Below are positions 38,744 through 49,000 of a stretch of 64,000 nt of DNA, one piece after another. This DNA is from Candidatus Aldehydirespirator sp. (GTDB taxonomy: Bacteria > Actinomycetota > Acidimicrobiia > Acidimicrobiales > Aldehydirespiratoraceae). Location: NCBI GenBank assembly GCA_965205155.1, contig OZ242033.1, positions 2,299,572-2,363,571 of the forward strand, in the 5' to 3' direction. A model generated the notes under the pieces. That model made no database searches. It worked only from the letters and a program-made list of their open reading frames with translations, and was not told the DNA's origin. A program made the translations under genes and the position numbers. Position 1 is the stretch's first letter, and each line of letters starts with the position of its first letter.

Positions 38744-39691
38744 CTATGTTTCCCACCCGGCCGACTCCAGGTACTCGGTTCCCTCGTCGCAGTCGAGTTG
38801 CACCGGGCACCACCGGCAGGCCGGACCGGGGGCGACATCGGGCAAGCGGTGACCGGACGCGAGCTCCACATAGCGATGGGCGCCGTCGATGACCCGCTCG
38901 GCTGCCGACAGCAGCAGGTCGCGGGTGACCTCCTCGGGGTGGAACCGGCCCTGGTCGAGGTAGTAGGTGGCCAGCAGCCGGGGCGGCAGGATGCGCAAGG
39001 CCTCGAGGAGCGCGTAGAAGCGCAGGTCCTCTCGATGCGAAGGTGAGAACTTGCCGGTCTTGAAGTCGATGATGACCTTGCCGGCCAAGGTGCCTTCGGG
39101 TTGGCCGAGCGTGAGGTCGGGCTTGCCCGACAGCACGATCAGACCGCCGTGCAGCTCTGCCCGGATCGGACTGTCCGTCGTGGGCCTCCACTTGGTCTTG
39201 AGCGGGGGGAAGCACTCCAGGAACTGGGTCATGGCCGCTCCGGCCTCGGCCCGCATTTCGGCCCGCTCGGTCTCGTCGCAGCGCTCCAGGTAGTCGGCGA
39301 TGCTCTTGTCGGCGTTCTGGAGGCGGGCCATGGCCTCGTCGACCAGCTCCAGCGGTGATGCCTCGCCCCGCCAGTGCACCGACAGCTCGATGGCCTTGTG
39401 GGTGACCGTGCCCCGCGCGGTGGGGATGGACCATTGGAACGGCTCTGCGAGCTCTGCCATGAACTTCCGCTCGCACCCGAGTGCCTGCGTGAGCATGTAC
39501 TTGCTCAGGTAGAGGATGTCGTCGTCGAACCGGTCGGACTTGATGGTGTCCACCAGCGGTTCCAGGCGTTCCTCCAGCAGGCTTCGCAACTCGCCGCGCA
39601 GGCCCGCGTCGAAGGTGGGACGGTCATCCTTAGGGGCTCCGAGCAGGCTCACGACCGCCTGCTGGGCCGGGTTGTACTGGTCGGCGTGCAT
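38744..39691 (-). CDS. PD-(D/E)XK nuclease family protein (RecB/Cas4-like with C-terminal Cys cluster)
   Basis: 315 aa. GKPDLTLG...IIDFKTGK nuclease core and C-terminal CRWCPVQLDC, the Fe-S cysteine pattern of RecB-family exonucleases. Confidence 0.75.
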   Translation of the reverse strand: MHADQYNPAQQAVVSLLGAPKDDRPTFDAGLRGELRSLLEERLEPLVDTIKSDRFDDDILYLSKYMLTQALGCERKFMAELAEPFQWSIPTARGTVTHKAIELSVHWRGEASPLELVDEAMARLQNADKSIADYLERCDETERAEMRAEAGAAMTQFLECFPPLKTKWRPTTDSPIRAELHGGLIVLSGKPDLTLGQPEGTLAGKVIIDFKTGKFSPSHREDLRFYALLEALRILPPRLLATYYLDQGRFHPEEVTRDLLLSAAERVIDGAHRYVELASGHRLPDVAPGPACRWCPVQLDCDEGTEYLESAGWET

Positions 39692-39727
39692 GGGGCTGGG
39701 GACAGGCTCCTGAGCGGTGGCGGGGCG

Positions 39728-40144
39728 ATGTCACACCCCAGCGCGACGATAGCTCTCGTGGGAATGACATCTCTCGACTTCGGAGCCGCAGCCCGCTCGC
39801 TCGCACGGGCGTCCCACCTGCGCGGTCTGGTAGTGCCAGTCTTTGCCAGCCCGCCGTCCCGCTCCGACCTAGACCGGTCCATCCGCCGCCGCAACGGGTC
39901 ACCCGTGGTCTCGATCCGCCTACGGAACCGGCCCCGCGGGGCGGTACTCGCCGACATGATCGAGGGGATCGTGGTGGCCAACTATCTCGAGGGCGCCCGA
40001 GCGGACCTGGTGCGGTCCGCGCTGTGGCTGGCAATCGACGGCGAGGATGGAAAGGGTGATGCCTGCCCACTCACCTTGAGGACAGAGGTAGTCGAGACCG
40101 CCCCGCCTTCACCACCCCAACCCAGGGAAGCCACCGCAGCTTGA
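39728..40144 (+). CDS. Hypothetical protein
   Basis: ATG 39728 within track ORF 39374..40144, whose 5' part is antisense to the nuclease gene. The composition is protein-like (AVLADMIEGIVVANYLEG) but I recognise no family. Confidence 0.4.
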   Translation: MSHPSATIALVGMTSLDFGAAARSLARASHLRGLVVPVFASPPSRSDLDRSIRRRNGSPVVSIRLRNRPRGAVLADMIEGIVVANYLEGARADLVRSALWLAIDGEDGKGDACPLTLRTEVVETAPPSPPQPREATAA

Positions 40145-40193
40145 CCGCGCTCAGGCTGGCGGTCAGCGGGACACGGGCTACCGTGACGCGCGT

Positions 40194-40280
40194 GCCCGGG
40201 TGGCGCAACTGGCAGACGCGGCCCGCTTAAAACGGGCTGCCCTAACGGGCATGTGGGTTCGAGTCCCACCCCGGGCACCA
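40194..40280 (+). tRNA. tRNA-Leu (anticodon TAA), CCA encoded
   Basis: Acceptor GCCCGGG/CCCGGGC, anticodon arm GCCCG-CTTAAAA-CGGGC, long variable arm TGCCCTAACGGGCAT, T arm GTGGG-TTCGAGT-CCCAC, then ACCA. Confidence 0.9.
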
Positions 40281-40372
40281 AGAACCACCCAAAAAATAGC
40301 CTCTGACCTCTAGATATCAGTCAAGCCACAAAGTCAGTTACCACTCTAGCTACAGCCAACGCCATACCGGAA

Positions 40373-40401
40373 CTTGACACTTGACACTTGACAACTTGAC
40401 A
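40373..40401 (+). repeat. Four CTTGACA heptamers (three tandem, one offset by 1 nt)
   Basis: cttgaca cttgaca cttgaca a cttgaca, in the AT-rich stretch about 90 nt downstream of tRNA-Leu. TTGACA equals the canonical -35 hexamer. Confidence 0.9.
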
Positions 40402-40514
40402 GGGCTTGGTCAGCAGTTCAGGTACCTGAAGGGTGAGGACAGCCGGCTGGATTGCCCCTGCCTCCAGGGCGCTGGCGCATCCGGTTGTGGGGCGCCGGAC
40501 CGGGCGTAGTGGGG

Positions 40515-40703
40515 ATGGCCGAGAGACTGGACGCGGGCGACGCGGGCGACGGGTTGTACGTCGTCGGTTCGGCCGATGGCGTCAACTGGTTGGCCGAGCG
40601 GTTCCATACGGCCTGGGATCACCGCTTCGAGATCAACGGCAATGTGATAGTCGGGGTCCACTATTCCGGAGAGATCCGACGCTTCGTCATCCCAGAGCAC
40701 TGA
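40515..40703 (+). CDS. Hypothetical small protein (62 aa)
   Basis: MAERLDAGDAGDGLYVVGSADGVNWLAERFHTAWDHRFEINGNVIVGVHYSGEIRRFVIPEH looks more protein-like than the overlapping minus-strand ORF. No family recognised and the RBS is weak. Confidence 0.3.
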   Translation: MAERLDAGDAGDGLYVVGSADGVNWLAERFHTAWDHRFEINGNVIVGVHYSGEIRRFVIPEH

Positions 40704-41088
40704 GTCGCATTTTCTCGCGACGGTTCTCTGTCTGTACGACTGTCTTCTCTCCACGCCGGTCGAGGACCCCGTATGGGATGAGGCGACCGCAGCTGTGCTT
40801 GCTGAGGAGTTCATAGTAGAGGACGGCGGCCAACCCTCGCCGGAGTTGGTCCAAGCCGCAGCAGACGCCCTGTGGCAGATGACTACGGTGCCGCAGTCGG
40901 GAGCGTGCCCATGGCACTATCCGGCTGGGACCTTCGAGCCCGAGTTCGTCGAGCAGATGAAGGAGGAAAGGCGAGCCGCCCTCAAATGACGGCAGTTCAG
41001 GCAGGGCGCAGGACTCAGATCCCCCAGCGTCGTCGCGGTTGGGGCGGATTCCTGGTGGTGCTGGCGTGCCGGGCGTTGTCGGGTTGTC

Positions 41089-43110
41089 TCAGGGCTGTTG
41101 GGGTTCGAGGTGGCACCACTGGTCGGTCTGCAGTCTCCAGCCGTTGTCCTCTGCCGCGACCGTGTCGGTGATGGTCGGTCCCCAGGGTGCTCCTGTGGTG
41201 ATGATCTCCCAGCGCACGATGGACTGTGTGGACTCGGCGACGGCGATGGTGTAGCTCACTGTCGGCAGCGCGCTCAGGTGCTCGGTCAGTGCCGCTCCAG
41301 GGGTGGGCTGTAGGAGTGGCTCCGGGACCTGGTCGTGGCCTGCTGTGACCAGCGGGCAGTCGGAGAAGTCCGCTGGTGGCTGCAGGTGTTCGCGTATCTG
41401 TGCCACGCTGAGCCTGACGGTGTCGCTCTGTCCGGTGTCGGTCAGGCACCACCGGGCCTGTTGGATGTGCCATCGGCCGTCGGTGGTCTGTTCGGACTGC
41501 ACGGTGCCGAGGTGCACGTCGCCGCTGGAGTCCTCGATCGCGATCCGCCACCTTGTGTGCCGGTGGCCGCGTTCGGCGACTTCGATGTCATAGAGAGGCT
41601 CCGACAGGTCCCCGAGGTGCGCCATCAGAGCCCGGTTGGCGGTGTCGAAGGTGTCAGGGCCCTCGGTGCCAGAGGCCTCTGCGTAGGCCGACCCTGAGCG
41701 GCACGGATAGGAGTCGCGGTACTCCGAGGAGGTCGGCGGATCGGCTACCGCCACCAGGGGTTTGGGCGGGAAGTGAAGCCCGTCATATATCCAGCGCTCA
41801 CCCAGCGGCGCCGCCAGCTCGACGGTCACAGCGGTCCAGGGGTTGCCCGGGCAGGCGGCCGACCCGGCGATGGGCACCACCGCGAAGGCGACCACCACCG
41901 CGTTGTCGGTCTCGATCACCTGGGGGCCCCGCAGTGCGTCGCCCATCTCGCGTCCGCTGGCGCATCCCAGCTCCGACACCAGCACGTCGACGGTGCTGTC
42001 ACCAGGGCCGGGCATCGAGTCGGGATCGAGGAGCACCTCCACCGGCGCGAGCCCCGGAGGCAGCGGGATGGTCGGCTCGCAGGGGCGTCCGGACGCCTCC
42101 CCGGCGAAGATCCATCGGTCGCCGCGCCGCTCGACTCCGGCGACGCCGAAGCTGTGTTCGGACAGCGCCGCGAACGTGGCGCTGTCTGAGTCGATGCTGA
42201 TCACGACCCAGCGGCCCCGGGGCAGCGGCTCGCCCCCCGCAGTGTCCAGCTCGGCCCGCAGAACGTCCACTGCCGGATGGTCGACGTCGTCGATGGAGGG
42301 CGGGGCGATCATCTGCGAGTAGCGCACCGCAGGAGTGCCCGGGCACGACACCACAGGATCCTCCACATCCAGATCCGGGATCACGTCCAGCGGCCCCTCG
42401 GGCGGCTGCGGCGTGCGGGTGACCTCCACACACACCGCCGAAGGATCCGGGATCCGTTCGGCGATCTCGGCCAGCGCCCCCTCGGGCGGGTTCACCAGGA
42501 TCAGGTTCATCCGCTGGCGGTGGATGTCGTATGACGTGCCGTCGAGACCGAGCTCTCTCCACTCGCTCATGGGGATGGACCGTGACGTCTCATCCAGCAG
42601 GGCCTCCATCTCGGGCAGGCTGAAGCGGACTCGCATCACGTCGATGACCACGTCGTCGCGCTCGCCCAGCGGCCGGTCGTCGGTGATCGGCGGGGGCGGG
42701 TCCACCGCTGGGTAGTCGTCGGGGGTGGGGCGCCGGGCCAGGATCGCGGCCCGGTGCGGCTCGGGATCGTCGGTGAACCCCATCATCAGCACCCCGCCGC
42801 TGTCACGATCGATCCAGCGGCCCGCGAACGTGTCGGGATGCTCCATCCCGTAGGTCAACAGCACACCGTCGATGATCGGATCGGGGTTCTGGCGGGCACC
42901 GAGCTTGCCCTCGAGCTGCGACCTCAGCTCCGGCAGGTCCTCACAGTTTGCCAGCCCACCCGCGCCGGCGGGCACATCCTGTGGCTCCACGCCGGACGGC
43001 TCCACGCCGGACGGCACCAGCTCCGAGCCGCCGACCACAACGTCGCCGGAGTCCCCGCCGCATCCCACGGCCAGCACCGCCACCATCAACAGAACCGCTA
43101 ACGCCCTCAT
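41089..43110 (-). CDS. Large lipoprotein of unknown function (673 aa)
   Basis: ORF 41089..43419 trimmed to ATG 43110 (AGGGGA upstream). MRALAVLLMVAVLAVGCGGDSG lipobox. No domain recognised. Confidence 0.7.
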   Translation of the reverse strand: MRALAVLLMVAVLAVGCGGDSGDVVVGGSELVPSGVEPSGVEPQDVPAGAGGLANCEDLPELRSQLEGKLGARQNPDPIIDGVLLTYGMEHPDTFAGRWIDRDSGGVLMMGFTDDPEPHRAAILARRPTPDDYPAVDPPPPITDDRPLGERDDVVIDVMRVRFSLPEMEALLDETSRSIPMSEWRELGLDGTSYDIHRQRMNLILVNPPEGALAEIAERIPDPSAVCVEVTRTPQPPEGPLDVIPDLDVEDPVVSCPGTPAVRYSQMIAPPSIDDVDHPAVDVLRAELDTAGGEPLPRGRWVVISIDSDSATFAALSEHSFGVAGVERRGDRWIFAGEASGRPCEPTIPLPPGLAPVEVLLDPDSMPGPGDSTVDVLVSELGCASGREMGDALRGPQVIETDNAVVVAFAVVPIAGSAACPGNPWTAVTVELAAPLGERWIYDGLHFPPKPLVAVADPPTSSEYRDSYPCRSGSAYAEASGTEGPDTFDTANRALMAHLGDLSEPLYDIEVAERGHRHTRWRIAIEDSSGDVHLGTVQSEQTTDGRWHIQQARWCLTDTGQSDTVRLSVAQIREHLQPPADFSDCPLVTAGHDQVPEPLLQPTPGAALTEHLSALPTVSYTIAVAESTQSIVRWEIITTGAPWGPTITDTVAAEDNGWRLQTDQWCHLEPQQP

Positions 43111-43228
43111 ATCCCCTATGACGACCCCGGCGCCGCCGCGAGTTCCCATCCCACGCCAACAAATCTCCCTCAACACTTCTAGCGGATACCCGGAGCCCAG
43201 GCGCGTCCCGGCCAAGAACCGGGTGGGA

Positions 43229-43882
43229 ATGCAATGGGCCGAAGAGGCACCTGGCGCTAGCGGCTTGACCGCAACATCAGCCAAGAACCTCAGACCAGCA
43301 CGCCCACTGGCGGGCCAGCAGCCATCAAGGGCGACGGACAACCCGAGGCAGGCTCCGAAACAGCCCGAACGTGGCACGAGGATCAAGCTGTGGTCCTCCG
43401 ATCTCATGGCGTTACGCATCGAACTGCGACGTGCCCTAGTCGGGCGGGGCTTTGACGAGCAATCAATTGGCCGGACTGTCGCCCAGATGACGGCTGCATT
43501 CCCCGCCGCCTCCGTTGTGGGCTATGAGCCGCTGATCGATTCGATGACCTGCGACCCGGGCGACCGCCATGTGCTCGCGGCCGCGGTTCACGCCAAGGCC
43601 GGGGCCATCGTGACGTTCAACGACGTGGACTTTCCGCAATCGAGCACTCACCGTTACGGGATACAGGTGATGCGGCCGGACGACTTCCTGCTGGACTTGC
43701 TGGACCTCTCCTCGGCGGCTGTGCTTGATGAACGTGAGATGCAGGCCGCTGCGTACCAGAGAGAACCAATGGAACTACCCGGCCGTTGTCACGGCGCCTC
43801 GGCCCGGTCCACTCCCGCGGACGGAGGCTCCGGCTGCGGCACTTGCAGGACGCTCCAGTCGGTCCAGGCTCCGATCCGGTAA
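43229..43882 (+). pseudogene. Degenerate PIN-domain (PIN_3-like) toxin homologue without cognate antitoxin
   Basis: KLWSSDLMALRIELRRALVGRG...VVGYEPLIDSMTCDPGDRHVLAAAVHAKAGAIVTFNDVDFP matches the C-terminal two thirds of actinobacterial PIN_3 proteins as I recall them. The N-terminal acidic-residue region is replaced by low-complexity sequence (GLTATSAKNL...QPSRATDNPRQAPKQPERG). The 3' end overlaps the serpin gene antisense. Confidence 0.45.
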
Positions 43883-45738
43883 CGGCCGTCACCGGCGTCG
43901 GGCGCCGCCGCGGAGGCTGCTCTCCATCTGACGGTGGACAGCGCCGGAGCCGGCACCAGGAACGCGTCGATGTAGTCCTCGGGGTCCGGGGTTACCGCCT
44001 CCCACAGCCCGACGCCCTCCAGCTCGACGACCGTCCGGTCGCGGGTGTTGCCGTCTGCGATCTCGAACAGGATCCGGCCGCCGTCCGCGGCGGCGGTCAG
44101 CGCCGGCGCGTCGAACGCCGCGTCGGCATACACCAGCGGCACGGTGAGCTGCTGCGCCCAGTGGAGCCGCCCCAGCGGCCCGAGCTGCGAGTGCGTGCCC
44201 GTCGGAGGCTCCGGACCCGGCTGCGGAGCGTCCGAAGCAGCGGAGTTGCCGGGACGGGCTGTGTCCACCGGATACGAGACCGTCGGCGCGTCCGGGGCCT
44301 GTGAGGGGGCTCCCGGCTCTGTGGCCTCGGCGCTGTCGCGGTTCTCGGCCGGGTCTACCACCCGGCCCAGGAACAGCACAGCTCCGGTCGGCTGGTGGAC
44401 GATGGCCCACAGGAACGGCCGGTCAGCGACAACAGTGATATCAGGCAGGGGAGGGGCGGACTCCTGGAACGCCATGGCGGTGGCTGCGGCTGCCTCGGTG
44501 CCCTTCTCGTCGACTATGACCTTGGCCCCGTGGAGCGCCGCGGTGATGAAGATGCCCGGCGCGATGCCGTCGAACCCGGCGCCGGCGCAGAACCCCTGCG
44601 GGCACAGCCACTCGAACAGGTCGGTGGGCGGCAGGGTCTGCTCCCACTTGGGCATGGTGAGGTCGACGTAGCCGGCCTGGGCGGCGCTCGCCAGCGAGGT
44701 CAGCGCCGCTGCGTCGAGTGCCTCTTCGACGGCTGCGAGCCCGTCGCGGTCGCGAGGCACGACAATCCACATAGCCAGCCCGCCGTCGAGGTACGGCAGC
44801 TCGACCGCATCGGCGCCGTCCAGGCGGACATAGCGGCGCCAGAGGGGTTCGCTGTCGGTCATGAACGGCACCGTCACCGACCGGTCGCCGGTGGCGAAGT
44901 AGCCGCTGTGGGTGTGCCCGGCCAGGAACGGCTGGGCCCATGCCGCTTGCAGGTACACGGTGTTGACCAGGACCAGCCTCTGGTCCTGCACGGTGCCGCC
45001 GTCGACTATCACGGGGACCAGTCCCCGCGTGCTCTGTGCTACCCACCGGTTGACGGCCTCGGCCGCGGCGTCGCCGTCGGCAGTGTCGACCGGTTCGATG
45101 CCCGCCCCGTAGTGCGTGGAGGCGACCTCCAGGAACTCGGGCCGCATCGTGAAGCCATCGTCGGGGAACAGGCGGTTGGCCACCTCCAAGGTGGTGGTAT
45201 CCACTGAGGCCCCTGCCAGCGCGAGATCGACGGCGTTGGCGGCCTCGTGGACGCCAGTCTCGGGGTATCCGAAGATCGCGTCGAGAACGGCGGCGGAGTC
45301 CGCCGAAGCACCCGCCCGGCTCATGCTGAACGCGATGCCGATGCTCATGGGGCTGGAGACTGCGTTGCCTTCGAGGTGGCGGTGGAAGCCCCATCCGGCT
45401 GCGTTGATCCCAGCGACCCAGGCGTCGACGGGTGCGTCGGGATCGGCGGGCAGCCGGTCAGCCACCGGCTCCAACACTGCCGTAGGAGTGCCAGGTTCAG
45501 TCGCTGGCTGGACCGTCTCTGGGGCCGGGACCGTCGTGGAGTTGTCAGGGCTGGCCGCTGGCTGGTCCGTGCCTGAGGCTGTCGTGGGCGCTCCGGGATC
45601 GGCTGCTGGCTGGTCGGGGTCCGGGCCCGCGACCGTGGTGGGAGTGTCGGAGTCTGGGGCTGAGCCTGGCGTGGGGGTGTCTCCGCACGCCGCTGCTATC
45701 AGGCACAGCGCGAGCAGGGATGCGATCAGCTTGGTCAT
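43789..45738 (-). CDS. Serpin-family protease inhibitor lipoprotein with ~200-aa C-terminal extension
   Basis: ATG 45738 (or 45744). MTKLIASLLALCLIAAACG lipobox and a Pro/Thr/Asp-rich linker. Serpin core NAVSSPMSIGIAFSM...VNRWVAQSTRGL...LVLVNTVYLQAAW. Hinge DEKGTEAAAATAMAF and ADRPFLWAIV. Confidence 0.88.
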   Translation of the reverse strand: MTKLIASLLALCLIAAACGDTPTPGSAPDSDTPTTVAGPDPDQPAADPGAPTTASGTDQPAASPDNSTTVPAPETVQPATEPGTPTAVLEPVADRLPADPDAPVDAWVAGINAAGWGFHRHLEGNAVSSPMSIGIAFSMSRAGASADSAAVLDAIFGYPETGVHEAANAVDLALAGASVDTTTLEVANRLFPDDGFTMRPEFLEVASTHYGAGIEPVDTADGDAAAEAVNRWVAQSTRGLVPVIVDGGTVQDQRLVLVNTVYLQAAWAQPFLAGHTHSGYFATGDRSVTVPFMTDSEPLWRRYVRLDGADAVELPYLDGGLAMWIVVPRDRDGLAAVEEALDAAALTSLASAAQAGYVDLTMPKWEQTLPPTDLFEWLCPQGFCAGAGFDGIAPGIFITAALHGAKVIVDEKGTEAAAATAMAFQESAPPLPDITVVADRPFLWAIVHQPTGAVLFLGRVVDPAENRDSAEATEPGAPSQAPDAPTVSYPVDTARPGNSAASDAPQPGPEPPTGTHSQLGPLGRLHWAQQLTVPLVYADAAFDAPALTAAADGGRILFEIADGNTRDRTVVELEGVGLWEAVTPDPEDYIDAFLVPAPALSTVRWRAASAAAPDAGDGRYRIGAWTDWSVLQVPQPEPPSAGVDRAEAP

Positions 45739-46051
45739 GCCCATTGGACGCTGCGGGCATCTCACAGGTTCCCAGCGATGGGAAATGTGGATCATCGGCG
45801 TGGCTCGTTGAGGCATTCCGTTCTCCTCTATGCGCTCGCGGCACGGCTATGGGCGGACTCTACGGATGCAGCGACGCCGAGCGGGAACTCCACGCAGCCC
45901 GCGCCGACGCGTCCGCAAGCCTGAGGGCACTAATCGAAGCAGTGTCGTGAGGCCACCCGCCCGCTACAAAGGACGCCACCAGCCCGCGGCCCAAGCTGCA
46001 TGGCCACCCGGTGTCAACGAAACCGGGTCAGCTCCAGATCGCTGTGGACGG

Positions 46052-49000
46052 TCATGGTGTCGATCGGGGGGTGGTGGCGGCCCATCGGATGGTGCTGGGC
46101 GACGCGAGGTGGTAGGGGCTCCAGCAGTCGACGGTGCCGTCGGTGCGCAGCCCGCAGGAGTGCTGCTCGCCGGTGGAGAAGCTGCGGAAGGTGCCTGCGA
46201 GGCGCACCATGTAGTCCGACGGGGTCCATCCCCAGCAGATGACGGCGCCGCCGGTGCGCAGCCCGCACGAGTGGCCCCGTCCGGTCGAAACGGCGCTGAA
46301 GGGTCCGGTGACCGTGAAGCCGTCGGGGTCGGCGCCTAGGCCGCCCCAGCATTCGATGTCGCCGCCGGCGGCGACCCCGCAGGTCTGCCACACGCCGGCG
46401 GAGACCGCGCTGAAGGAACCCTCGGGCGCGTCCAGTTGGTGGTCCCGGTTGCTGCCCCAGCACTCGACGGCGCCGTCGGTGCGCAGCCCGCAGGAGTGGT
46501 CCTCGCCTGCCGACACCGCGCTGAAGGCCCCGTCGGGCGCGTCGGCCTGGCCGGAGTAGTTCTTGCCCCAGCACTGCACTGTGCCGGCCGGGTCCAGCCC
46601 GCAGGTGTGGAACGCGCCCGCGGAGACGGCGGTGAAGGCTGCCGGCGGCGGGTCGGACTGCCCGTAGTTGTTGCCGCCGCGCAGGTTGGTCCAGCACTCG
46701 ACAGCGCCGATGGAGAGGATCCCGCAGGTGTGCACGTAGCCCGCGGAGACGGCGGTGAAGGCTGCCGGCGGCGGGCCGGTTCCCGCGGTGCGGTCATGCC
46801 AGCATTCGACGGCGCCGCCGGGGCGCAGCCCGCAGGTGTGGTCCCTGCCGGCCGAGACCGCGACGAACTCGCCGGGGGGCGGCTCGCTCGCCGCGGCGTC
46901 GTTGTGGCCCCAGCAGGACACGGACCCGTCGGCGTGGACCCCGCAGGCGATCGTGCTGCCGACCGACACCGTCGTGTAGCGGCCGGGGGCGGGGACGAAG
47001 CCGGGCCAGAAGTCGTTGATGGCTCCGAGGACGTCCTGGCCCCAGCAGATCACGGAGCGGTCTTCGCGGACCGCGCAGGAGTGGTACTCGCCGGCCGCGA
47101 CCGCCACGAACGTTCCCCGGGGGCTGTTGGCCTGGCCGTACTGGCCGTTGCCCCAGCATTCGACGGTCCCGCCCGCGGCGAGGCCGCATGCGTGCTCGTG
47201 GCCGGCCGACACGGCGGTGAACGCCCCGGCGGGCGGGTCGATGCCGGCGCGGGTGCCCCAGCACTCGACGGCGCCGCTGGGGCGCAGCCCGCAGGCGAGA
47301 TACCGGCCGGTGGAGATCTCGCTGAAGCGTCCCTGGGGCGCCTGGGCGTCCCAGATGGACGTGTCGCCCCAACACTCCGCGGTGGCGTCGCTGCGCAGCC
47401 CGCAGGTGTGCCAGGTCCCCGCCGACACCTGCGTGAAGGCCCCTTCCGGCGGGGCGAGCCGCCCGTCGTGGTCGTCGCCCCAGCATTCGACGGCGCCGCC
47501 GGCGCGCACTCCGCATGAGTGCCACCAGCCGGCCGACACCGACACGAACTCGCCCGAGGGTGCGAAGGCCTTTCCGTACTCGTTGTTCCCCCAGCACGCC
47601 ACCGTTCCGTCCGCGGACAGGCCGCAAGCGTGGGAATCGCCGGCGGAGACCGACTCGAAGCGGGTCACCTCGCGCACCGCGTACACGGCGACAGCCTCGC
47701 CCGAGTCGGCCACCGTCTTGGCGGCGGTTGCGCCGTCGTCGGGCTCGGCCGGGGGCTCGCCGGACCCCGCGCCGGGGTCCGGCGGCGTGAACCAGCGCAC
47801 GAACGGCGGCGCCGGCGTCCACGGGGGGCTCCAGCAGATCAGGGCGCCGCCGGTGCGAAGCCCGCAGGAGTGCCCGCCGCCCGCCGACACGGCGCTGAAG
47901 GCGCCCGCCGGTGCGTCGGCCTGGCCCTCGTCGTTGTTGCCCCAACACGTCAAGGTCTGGTCCGATCTCACGGCGCAGGTGTGGTCGGCCCCGGCGCTGA
48001 CCGACGCGAACGTGCCCGCCGGTGCGTCGCTCTGGCCGTGGTCGTTGTCGCCCCAGCAGTTCAGCGCGCCGTCAGCGTCGAGCGCGCACGAATGCTGCGA
48101 GCCCGTCACCACCGCGCTGAACGTGCCCGGCGGTGCGTCGCTCTGGCCGTGGTCGTTGTCGCCCCAGCATTCGACGGCGCCGCCGGGGCGCAGCCCGCAG
48201 CTGTGGAGGGCGCCCGCCGACACCGAGGCAAAGGCGCCCGCCGGTGCGTCGCTCTGGCCGTGGTCGTTGTTGCCCCAGCATTCGATGTCGCCGCCGGTGC
48301 GCAGCCCGCAGCTGTGGAGGCCGCCGGTCGACACCGAGGAGAAGGTGCCCGCGGGCGCGTCGGCCTGGCCCGTCTCGTTGTATCCCCAGCATTCGACGGT
48401 GGCGTCGGTGCGCAGCCCGCAGTGATGCCAGCCGCTGGAGGTCACCGCGCTGAAGGGACCCGCCGGAGGCTCGTCGAGGATGCCTGGGGGCGGTTCGCTG
48501 TCGTAGAGATCGATGTGGCCCCAGCATTCGACGGTGCCGTCGGGGCGCAGCCCGCAGGAGCGGTCCGATCCCGCTGACACCTCGGTGAAGGCGCCGTGGG
48601 GCGCAGCGACCCGCGCGAACAGCGTCGGGTCACCGCCCCAGCATTCCACGGTGCCGTCGGTGCGCAGCCCGCACGAGAAGAAGAGTCCGGTGGCCACCGC
48701 GGTGAACGCTCCCGCCGGCTCGTCGTCGAAGTCCCAGCATTCCACGGTGCGGTCGGTGCGCAGCCCGCAACTGTAGGTCGAGCCCGCGGAGACGTCGGTG
48801 AAGGCCCCCTCGGGCGGCTGGATCCCGTCGCCGCCGTCGCCCCAGTCGAAGAGGTCCCACTCGGAGTCTCCCCAACAGGCGATCGTCTCGTCGCTGCGCA
48901 GACCGCAGGAGTAGGCGGTGCCGGCAGAGACCCGGCTGAAGGCCCCGCCGGGCGGGTCGGCCTGGCCGTAGTCGTTGTTGCCCCAGCACTCGACGCCACC

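Noticed and set aside
40410-40814. 134-aa minus-strand ORF just downstream of tRNA-Leu
   Set aside because: There is no RBS and no recognisable motifs, and it overlaps a more protein-like plus-strand ORF. The region may be non-coding debris, so only the plus-strand 62-aa ORF is listed, at low confidence.
40281-43400. Searched for an integrase, excisionase or att direct repeat to define a bona fide integrative element at tRNA-Leu
   Set aside because: None was found on either strand by eye. The region is therefore described only as a variable, eroded island-like segment.
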